DNA of 64,000 nt from Lingula anatina (lineage: Eukaryota > Animalia > Brachiopoda): the NCBI GenBank assembly GCA_051362555.1, contig CM120644.1, positions 3,356,954 to 3,420,953 on the forward strand, written 5' to 3'. This document shows positions 54,301-64,000 of the stretch, piece after piece. The notes under the pieces were generated by a model. That model saw nothing but the letters and a program-made list of their open reading frames with translations. It did no database searches and was not told the origin of the DNA. The position numbers and the translations under genes are program-made. The number at the start of each line of letters is the position of its first letter. Positions within the stretch are counted from its first letter, which is position 1.

Positions 54301-57300
54301 TGGACCTATCTCTGTCAAGTTTGAAGTTAAAAGAGAAAGAAATTAGCAGAGTTCAGTTCATGATAAAAAGTAGGTAAAAGGTCAATTTCAAGGTCACACT
54401 TAGATTGCCAGTATAGGACTTCCTATTCAACATCAATAGTAACTATGGACCTATCTCAGCCAGTTTTGGAGATAAAAGGGAAGCAAAATTTGCAAAATTC
54501 AGTTCATGGTGAAAAGTAGGTCAAAGGTCAATTTCAAGGTCACATTTAGATTGCCAGTATATGATTTCTATTCAAGTTCAATAGTAACTATGGACCTATC
54601 TCTGCCAGTTTTGGAGATAAAGCAAAATTTGCAAAATTCAGTTCATGGTGAAAAGTAGGTCAAAGGTCAATTTCAAGGTCACATATAGATTGCCAGTATA
54701 TGACTTCCTATTCAAGTTCAATAGTAACTATGGACCTATCTCTGCCAGTTTTGGAGATAAAAGGGAAGCAAAATTTGCAAAATTCAGTTCATGGTGAAAA
54801 GTGGGTCAAAAGTCAATTTCAAGGTCACATTTAGATTGCCAGTATATGACTTCCTATTCAAGTTCAATAGTAACTATGGACCTATCTCTGCCAGTTTTGG
54901 AGATAAAAGGGAAGCAAAATTTGCAAAGTTCAGTTTATGGTGAAAAGTAGGTCAAAGGTCAATTTTGAGGTCACATTTAGATTGCCAGTATATGACTTCC
55001 TATTCAAGTTCAATAGTAACTACGGACCTATCTCAGCCAGTTTTGGAGATAAAAGGAAAGCAAAATTTGCAAAATTCAGTTCATGGTGTAAAGTAGGTCA
55101 AAGGTCAATTTTAAGGTCACATTTAGATTGCCAGTATATGACTTCCTTTTCAAGTTCAATAGTAACTATGGACCTATCTCTGCCAGTTTTGGAGATAAAA
55201 GGGAAGAAAAGTTTGCAAAGTTCAGTTCATGGTGAAAAGTAGGTCAAAGGTCAATTTCAAGGTCACATTTAGATTGCCAGTATATGACTTCCTATTCAAG
55301 TTCAATAGTAACTATGGACCTATCTCTGCCAGTTTTGGAGATAAAAGGGAAGCAAAATTTGCAAAGTTCAGTTCATGGTGAAAAGTAGGTCAAAGGTCAA
55401 TTTTAAGGTCACATTTAGATTGCCAGTATGACTTCCTATTCAAGTTCAATAGTAACTACGGACCTATCTCAGCCAGTTTTGGAGATAAAAGGAAAGCAAA
55501 ATTTGCAAAATTCAGTTCATGGTGAAAAGTAGGTCAAAGGTCAATTTTAATGTCACATATAGATTGCCATTATATGACTTCCTATTCAAGTTCAATAGTA
55601 ACTATGGACCTATCTCTGCCAGTTTTGGAGATAAAAGGGAAGAAAAATTTGCAAAGTTCAGTTCATGGTGAAAAGTAGGTCAAAGGTCAATTTCAAGGTC
55701 ATAGTAAGATTGCCAGTATATGACTTCCTATTCAACTTCAATAGTAACTATGGACCTATCTCTGCCAGTTTTGGAGATATAAGGGACTAAATGTTATAAT
55801 TTTGGAGTTACCATAATGTGCCTTAAATTTCGTACAGAAAAAATTAATTAAAATAAAGAAAATGTCATTTTGGTCAAAATTCTTGAAATAGGAGGTGCTC
55901 TGAAGTTTCAGAAGTTCAAATTTGATGAAATAATGTCATTTTTGAACACAAGTTGTCTGCTTTGCCAAGCCTTATGTTTTATTTTTCCAGAGTTCAAAAT
56001 TTATTATCCATTACCGTACTGCACATTTTGCTTTTACCACCAATATGTGCTTTTTGATACAGCGTAACTCGAAAACCGTATGGAATACAAAAAAACCGAG
56101 ACCACCTCCAGTGTTGGGCTTTACATGCTCTACAAAATGCAAAAAAGAATGGGTTTCTAGCATTAACGGTTCCCGAATTAGAGACAGTTTTCAGTTTCGG
56201 TATCTTATGGCCGCTACTCCCGTGAAAATGCACCGATTGACCCCAAATTCATGGAGATGAAAGATGACCTGAAGGGTAACACTTTCCAATAATATTATTG
56301 GTTAAGTCTGTGTGGTGTCTGAATAACAGGGCAAAAAAATTTTTTTTCGTAAAAAATTTCATTTTTTTGAAAATTTTGGCCCATTTGACCTTGAAATAAA
56401 GGTCAAAGGTCAAATCCAAGGGTATATTTGAAATCTACACATATGACTTTTGGAAAGCCGTCTATAGAAATTTTTCCCATAACCCCTTCCGTAGGGTAGA
56501 TAATTAGCATTTAATTTTGCCATTTTTAGACAAGGGTGCATTGCAATGAGTGCCACACCCAGACCCCAATACCGACAAAGCCCAAATTTTACGTGGAACG
56601 AGTTGAGATTATAGGTGACCTAAATCCATGAGATGGGTACGGGGGCCCTTACCGTCTAGGAGGAGAAGCGGTAACGGTAGCCATCCGGCGGAGCCAACGG
56701 AGCCGGCGGAGCCAGCGGAGCCGGCGGAGCCGGCGGAACGATCCGGACGGGACCGAAACCATGTGTACCGCCAGCGCTAACGCTGGTGGTACAATAACTG
56801 TTGTTTAATTACATGTGAGAACCAGTCTAACTGGTGCATTGCAAAAATAAATAAATAAATAAATAAAAAACTGTACCACTCCATGTGAAAATGACCCTAG
56901 AGAGAGAGAGAGATAGAAAAATTTTATGATAAACCATGCTTTCTCCATTATTGTCAGTTAGTTTATCTGAAATGTAACAGTAAGCATGCACTCCAATCAT
57001 CTCTATGGGTCTATTCCCACAACTTTAGATCGATCTATCACCGCGGGGAGTCTCACCAGACTACCGTCAGATAATCCCCCTTAAGTGTCCGTCCCCGTCC
57101 ACTACAAGCCGTAAGGGGCAATTAACTTTCGTGTCCGCCCGGCTGACAGCTATTCAGCGCAAACCCCCAGGGAGTTAGGTCGATCCAAAGTAGGTCGATC
57201 TAATCTATGGAAATGGGGTGTATGACACACTTTTAGAAACAGTTACACATTTCTGGCAGAAGATATCAATTTGAATTGCAACCTGGTTTAAATTCAGTAT

Positions 57301-60012
57301 GATTTACAAAATTTTAAATAAATAAGTGAAAAAGTGTGTGTTTCCAAAAGTGTTAAAACACTTACAAACATTTTGCTGTCCAATTACACCTCTTAACCCG
57401 ACTATGTTAATGAAGTGTCTGAAATCTATTGGTCTATATCAACACTGCACTCCTCCATACTACCACCCAACCCTGTGGGGAATCTCAATGAATGCAACCA
57501 GTTTAACAGATTAACACGTCTCCTCCTGGCATTGTGTAGAATACAGAAAAGCTGGTGATTATACGAGCACATTGGAAACAAGAGGAGGCATTTTATTGGG
57601 TTAAACCGTCCCCTCAGAGTTGGATCAATCTAGTAAACCATTCAGAATGAGAAGAGCCAGGTGCTAACTAGGCCACGACCTGAATATGGTGGACCTACAT
57701 GTAAAGAAGACCGCTTAATCCTGTAATGGTCTCTCCACCTTTCACATGCCTCCCTTTGCGTCATCCCTGCAGGGGCACAGTAATAAAATCTTGACTCAAT
57801 TCAACTGGTGAAAGAATGACGCACAGAGAGAGGCGGAGAGACCATTACAGGATTAAGCAGTCTTCTTTTCATGAAGGTCTGCCATATTTAGGTCATGGCC
57901 TAGCTAGCACTCGGCTCTTCTCATTCTGAATGGGGCCTATGGGAATGGGGTCATATTTGAACTGCAACAGGCTTTCAGACCAATCAATTTCAGACAGTAG
58001 CATTTATTTTCTAGCCTAAAAACACACTTTGTTGGGGGGTACACAGCATCTCAAAACCCTGAGTCTGTTAGTGAAGAAGAAAGAAACAGCTAGCATGCTG
58101 TATTTTTATACCTGTGCTTCAGCTTTGTCTTCGGACTAAAATTTGCAGAAAAAAATCATAAAAAGAAATTACAACATCACAATATTACTGACGAAACAAC
58201 AAAAATTATTAGTACACAACTGTCTAAATTCTCCACACTAATTTATAAAAAGCATGGCAAAGTAGAGACAAGACGTGTCATTCCACATGGATAATTTGCT
58301 ATCATAAATAATACAGCAACCAAAATGTTGATATCAGCTTAATGCGTAACAATAAAATATAAAGTACCTGTCAAATTAATACACAATATAAAAGATACGT
58401 TGCTTGCAAACTAAACAACTGAACTACATGTGCATGAGATGTCTTCACACAAATGTTTTGTATATTTTTATTCATGAACATCTGAGTTGAATTCATGAAG
58501 TTTCATTTTAACGAAAATGGATTTTGAGAATATTGTGAATATTCTGATTTATCTATCAGAGAATATCACATTCAAGAGAACAGATGAATCTAATGCTAGA
58601 GTTTGAAACAATAAGGCAAAGATCTGAAATAGTGAGTTGTACCATCAATCTTCAACAGGGAACCACCACAACTTCGGATGACTGCTTTATAACTGCATAT
58701 ATGTACAGTAATATATTTATATATATTTTTATATCAAAACTGAATTTTGTTGACAAATTTACTGTGTGCAGTGTCACCCTCATACACATATTCTACTTAG
58801 CTCAAGACAAGAGCACATTACTTTCACTCTCCAAAACAACAGGATAAATACTTGCAACAAAAACTAGGTGGCAAATGAGTAATTTAAAGCCATGATAACA
58901 ACAAATGGGTAGTTTTACATTTCCCATGTAAAAAAAAGATTGGCATTAGTCATAAGGTTTTCATAAATCTTAATTTTAAAAAGCAATTCGCACCAAAAAA
59001 ATATTATCAAATATATCATTTTGTGATGCTGATGATCTTGCATATAATACCTCAGAAATCTACACACTTCTTCAGACAGATACACACAATCAAACTAACA
59101 TCATATGCCTCATTTTATGCTGAAGCTATTATGTCACTTCTAAAATACATCTCAAAAATCAATATCCAAACCATTATTACAAACACACACACGCACACAT
59201 ACACACACACAAAAAACACAAACAAACAAGCAAACACACACACACCTTGACTGGGCGTCACGAAGCTTTGTTATGAAAAATCCATATTTCTCCATCACAA
59301 CCCAAATCTAGATCAGCCTCCCTATTTATTTACTAAGACCCATGTTAACCAGCACCCACCCTTCTCTCCAGATCCCACTCTCTGGTGAGTCCAGCCACCT
59401 CCAGCTGTTGACGCTGTTCTCTCTCCTCCAGCTTCTTCTTCATGGCCGCCTGGTGCTTCTGCTCCAAGATCTTTATGTCTGCCTCGTGGTTTTGATCTTT
59501 TTCCTGGAGTTGATGCTGGAGTTTTTCTATCGCTTGCCGTGACAGTTCTAACTTGGTGGTTAGCTCTGTCTCCTGTTCCTAGAAGGGGGAAGTATCACAA
59601 CTGTGACAGTCTTTAAAGTATCTTCTCAAAGACAATAAAGCTGTTGTAAAAATTTGGTTATAAAATTATATGTCTGAAAACAACATTCTCGAGAGTAATT
59701 CACATCTTTTGAACTTGATACAGGAAGGAATGTTAATCAAAATGGTTAAAACTTTTCATAGTTTCCCCATGTTATGATGGTGGTAAAAATTTCAAAAAGA
59801 GGACATTTCTAATGTTAATTTGAAGTTCACAGACAAAGGAAGGATTGTAAAATTGACTAAAATATATTGTAACAAGATTTCTTCTTTTCATCTTAAGTCA
59901 CCTAACAGAAAACAACTTCCAAAAGATACCTTATTTCTGAAAACCTTTAACTGTTAATGCCAGGGTTTATACGTCAGAGATCATAAGATTTATATATGGC
60001 CAACAGAAGTTA

Positions 60013-60062
<50 letters not shown>

Positions 60063-63000
60063 GAACTGAAAATAATATTTGTGAAGACGATACCTTTAGT
60101 TCCTGTCGATGTTTTTCCATCATGTCTTCCATGGCCTGGTCCTTCTCGTGCAAGTCGTCACGCAGTTCTTCAATCTCCTGCATGTACTCTGTCTGCATGC
60201 GCGCATCATCTCTCTGACCCTTCTCTGAGAAAGAACGAAATTACAGTATTATTAGAGGGGTTTGAAAGTTCTGTGAGACATTAATATTTAGTAAGGTTTT
60301 TTGGCTTATGATTACACCAGTTTCAACCAACACAGAAATATAAGCAGTTAGTAGCAGTTAGTGTTAGATGTATTGCTTGCCAAGACACAATACAGTCCAT
60401 TTGACTTAAAAACTGAAAAATAGTACCAATGCACAAAAAATAAAATCCTGTAAAATTACCCCTTTCTTTTAAAATGTTACATGTAACTTAGTAAATAATT
60501 TGAAGGGTATAAATTGTGAAAAGACAATAAAATAAATAAATAAATAAATAAAAACAACACACCCAAAACATTTGACATATGAAGAATTGGCAATCTCACT
60601 ACTAAACTATTTCTATAGTCTACTATCAATCATAGATGTATATATCATCATAGTGATTATACAAAGAGACAGAATGAAAAAAAATAATAAGCAAGGCTAC
60701 CATGCAGACATATAAAGCAAACAGTGCATACTGCCTATCTATCTATTGTTCAAATGCCTGCACCGATTTTTAACTAACAGATTATTTGGCAACAGTTTAA
60801 GCACACTGGCAAAATATCAAACAATGACTTTTGCCAAAAATGAATCAAAACCTCCAGTACAAATTTGCATTATATGTTAGAAGAATGACAAGTTTTCTAG
60901 AGTACAAGATTAAGTGCAAAATTTGTATTGATTACTAGTGCAGAGCAATGACCATCTGTGACTTTTCTTAATACATACAACTTGTACCCAAAATAGAGAA
61001 GAAAAAAAAAGGTTAAAAATTAACAAATAAGCCCTGGGCAAGCCTAAAGCCATGTCAATAAGCACACCAACACTCACATAGGAATTACTGAGACATAAAT
61101 CTAAGCCACAACTGAATGAATAACAGCAGGATTGTCAGAGAGAGAAAGAGAGACAATAAGAAGATTGTAAGCAGAGAGAAGATTATGCACATCCAGCACG
61201 CACATGCAAATGAAGGTAATTTGATGATCAGAATCAGAATATCCATCTGGGGTTGAAAATTTGTGAGTAGTATCATATTGCCACAGTTAAACGTACCCAA
61301 AGCTGCGTTTAACGTTTCGTGGAACTCTTTCTCCTTTTCGCCCATCTGTTGGTTGAACTCCTTGACAAGTTGGCGTATTCTGCCACTTTGGTCCTGTTTC
61401 AGCTCTTCCAGCTTGTCTTGGTACTCTTTCTCTAGTGCTGACACCTTTAGTTCAGAGTCCTCAGTCTGATTTTCCAGCCTTTTTGAACTGGACTCAAAGT
61501 CTGCCTTGAATTTCTTGGCAAGTTTCTGGAGTTTTAACTTCTCTTCCTCAAGTTTTTTTATTTTTTCTTGCAATTTTTGTAGCTGTACTCTTTCTTCGTT
61601 CAATTTTGAAAATTGATCTTGCATTTCTTTCTGCATTAAAGTTTTTTCCTTTTCTAACAAGATAACCCTTTGATTCATTTCTTCCTTCTCTGCTTTCAGA
61701 GTTTCTACAACTATTTCTAGACCACTCTGAGACTGCTCTAAGCTCTCAGATTTCTGGTTACTTTCTAAAACTATCCTTTCCTTGGCCTCTAATTGTTCAC
61801 AGAAATTCCCTCTTAGTGTTTCCATTTTAACAGAAAACTCCTGTTCCATCTTTTCCTTTTCTAATTTTATATTTTCTTTTTCTTTTGTCAGTGTTTCAAG
61901 TTGTTCTTCCAGAACAGATATCTGTTCTTGTAACCGAGAGTTAGAGTCTGTTAATTCTGATACAGCAGTTTCATTATTTCCCTGTAACGTTTTCTTTATT
62001 TGAGCAAGTTTCATTTCAGCTTTTTTCTTAAGTTCTAAGAGCTTTGCATTACCCTCTTTCTCAAGTTTCTCAGACTGATTTTTCAGTTCTTGCTCATGTT
62101 TAGTTATCAAGTCTTGAATTTTGATATCACAGTCATTAGTTTTGGTCCCCAACTCCTCCTGAAGTTGAACATTTTGAGACTGCACATTCCCGAAATCATC
62201 TGTCATTTTTGACAGTTTTGCACTGAAAGTGTCAAGTTTTGATGTGAGCTCGCTGCACTGGCATTCCAAGTCCTGTATCCTGCTCTGGGCTTGGGAAAAC
62301 TCACTTTCATTTTCAGCAAGAGAATGTTCTAGTTCCACCCTACGATTTTCCTCAGCCCTTGCCTTATGCTGTACATCCTCAAGAGTGGCTTCGAGTTCTG
62401 ATATTTTGTGCTCGGCCCTTTGTAATTCATTGACTTTCTCATCCACAGCCTGACGTGTTTCACTCTCCTTCATTTCTTGCTCAGTTCTAAGCAAAGACTG
62501 AAGTTCGTGAATCTTGGTCTGGGCTTCAGAAATCTCATGTTGGCTTGAAGACAGTTCCTCTTGCAAGTCAGCAATTCTCTGCTCTTTGGCAAAAAGCTTT
62601 GTCTTCATCTCCTCAACGTTTTGCTGTAATTCTTGCACTTTTTGTTCCTTTTCTGAAAGTTCCAGTTCTCTAGACTGCATTAGCTCCTGTGAGGCCTGGA
62701 CTTGTGCCTTCTTGTTCTCCTCCAGCAGTTCTTCTAGGTTCTGAATCCTACTCTGCGATCCTGATAGCTCACTTTCATTCTCAGCTACAGTCTGTTCAAG
62801 TTCCACCCTACGGCTTTCCTCAGCCCTAGCCTTATGTTGTACACCCTCAAGTGTAGCTTCGAGTTCTGAAACTCTGTGCTCAGCCTGTTGTAATTCATTC
62901 AGTTTCTCATCCATGGCCTGTTGAGCTTCACTGTCATTCGTTTCTCTCTCAGTTCGAAGAATGGACTGAAGTTCCTGAACCTTGGCATGAGACTGAGCAT

Positions 63001-64000
63001 GCTCATGTTGGCTTGAGGACAGTGCCTCCTCCAAGTCAACGATTCTATGCTCGTCAGCAAAAAGTCTGGACTTTAACTCCTCAATATGACTCTCCAGTTC
63101 TACAACTTTCTGATCCTTTTCCTGAAGCTGGGACTGACTAGATTCTATCTGCTCCTGAGAGGCCTGAGCTTGGGCGTTTTTGTTTTCCTCCAGCATTCTC
63201 TCCAATTCTTCAATCCTGGCCTGTGCATGCTGGTGCCTCCCTTCACTTTCCTCCAAAGATTTCTCCAATTCTAACACTCTATTCCCTGCAGAGTGAGTCT
63301 TAGATCTCTCTGCTTCTAAGCAACTCTCCAATTCATTTGTTTTTTCTGCTGCCTCCTTGAGCTGAACTCTCAGAGCTTCCAAGTCCTTTTCATCTTGCTG
63401 GATCTGCTCTCCCATGCTAAAAGAGGTTTCCAATTGACCACGTAGCATTTCATTTTCCTGCACCTGGCTGCTTAGCCGAGTTTCTAATTCACTAATGGTT
63501 TCCTTGCTCTTTCCCTGAATCTCTTTAACCTTAGCCACATATTTTTGTTTTAATTCTTTCAACTTTTCATCATGCTCTTTTTTCAGGGTGCCCAATTCTT
63601 CCTGTTTTTGCTGTGATAGAGCCAACACTTTGTCTTCACTCTCCTGTACCTGACTCTCCATCGTCTTCTGAAATAGCTCCGCTCCTTCCCTTAGTTTCAT
63701 CCTATCAGCCTCAAACTGCTGCTGTTGTGCTATCAACTTTGCTTTGTATTGTTCCACCATGCTCTCATACTCCTGGGTATATTCATGCAGCTGTTCTTCA
63801 GTTCTGTTCAGCTTCTCCGTCAGCTCTTTTAACCTCTCCTGAAGTTCTGCGTCATTTTGGTGAAGTTCAACTATCTGTTTGTCATATTCTTGCTTCGTTT
63901 CTGTCAGTACTGCCTCGTGTTCCTGTCTTAGAGCCTCTTCTTTTTCTGTCATCAGCCGTTCATGATCTTCCACTTTCTGTTTAACTTGATTGTTTTCTTC
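48337..64000 (-). CDS. GOLGA4: GRIP-domain golgin, golgin-245/GOLGA4-like (5'-partial)
   Basis: Exons (minus) >=64000-61297 (large coiled-coil exon), 60224-60094, 59578-59360, candidate microexon 58135-58112, 51679-51555, 51183-51048, 50861-50622, 50393-50307, 48357-48337, all phase-consistent. GRIP domain EPTELEYLRNILYEYMMGKETKTLAKVIATIVKFSDEQTRKVIQHEEAR; terminal GWLLSP*. Confidence 0.9.
51714..51954. mobile_element. Fold-back MITE (family A)
   Basis: Reverse-complement homolog of 10038-10284; a more diverged relative lies at ~57008-57220. Confidence 0.78.
52157..53657 (-). mobile_element. Second, inverted and internally deleted copy of the dimeric Helentron/DINE-1-like element (GOLGA4 intron)
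   Basis: Reverse-complement match to 40670-43616 including the 5' palindrome (53630-53657), the internal second head (~52740-52756) and the 3' subTIR/hairpin (52157-52188). Confidence 0.82.
54022..56797 (-). mobile_element. Non-autonomous Helentron/DINE-1-like element carrying a satellite array
   Basis: SubTIRs attgtaccaccagc (54056-54069) and gctggtggtacaat (56782-56795); 5' hairpin tgtaccgccagcg-ctaa-cgctggtggtaca; (gccggcgga)n microsatellite ~56685-56740; 3' hairpin gaggcg-atac-cgcctc (54035-54050) then a CTAG end in a T-run. Confidence 0.85.
54225..55788. repeat. Tandem array of ~11 x 146-bp units
   Basis: Unit starts (gtaggtca and variants) near 54226, 54370, 54516, 54655, 54801, 54947, 55093, 55239, 55385, 55529 and 55675; modal spacing 146 bp; units near-identical. 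Confidence 0.95.
57640..57931. mobile_element. Near-perfect fold-back element nested within a family-A'-like remnant
   Basis: ccattcagaatgagaagagcc..gtgcta.ctaggcca.gacct.aatatgg / ccatattt.aggtc.tggcctag.tagcac..ggctcttctcattctgaatgg, with inner arms cttaatcctgtaatggtctctcc / ggagagaccattacaggattaag. Confidence 0.78.

Noticed and set aside
54225-55788. CRISPR-like array
   Set aside because: Whole 146-bp units repeat with no unique spacers, no cas genes are present, and the context is a eukaryotic intron. ORF 54937-55242 is a by-product of the repeat.
61263-63984. Plus-strand Ser/Cys/Phe-rich ORFs
   Set aside because: Antisense shadows of the Glu/Gln/Lys-rich golgin exon.

Overview
AT-rich, intron-containing animal genomic DNA. 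The repeat families and gene content suggest a marine invertebrate, probably a lophotrochozoan (inference). Six genes were reconstructed by hand with GT-AG introns and consistent phases. (1,2) A tandem pair of glycoside hydrolase family 32 genes on +, resembling Bacillus SacC levanase. The first lacks exon 1, which lies before the window. The second is complete (6 exons, 616 aa) with a signal peptide, and both end in a predicted membrane anchor. (3) An ABHD6-like monoacylglycerol lipase on - (8 exons, 325 aa). (4) A secreted 218-aa protein on - with poly-Asn, a CBM14-like six-Cys domain, Gly-rich repeats and a Met-rich tail. (5) Peroxisomal 3-ketoacyl-CoA thiolase ACAA1 on + (12 exons, 430 aa). 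(6) The 3' part of the GRIP-domain golgin GOLGA4 on -. Introns and spacers hold many non-autonomous DNA transposons (TTAA-target, 5-bp-TSD, fold-back and Helentron/DINE-1-like elements), one of which carries an 11 x 146-bp array. The most notable observations are the intron-bearing, duplicated, bacterial-type fructan hydrolases with altered active-site motifs and an added membrane anchor; a thiolase whose N-terminal PTS2 looks decayed while its C-terminus has a PTS1 (-KSHL); and a candidate biomineral or cuticle matrix protein. All homology calls come from motif recognition, not database searches.
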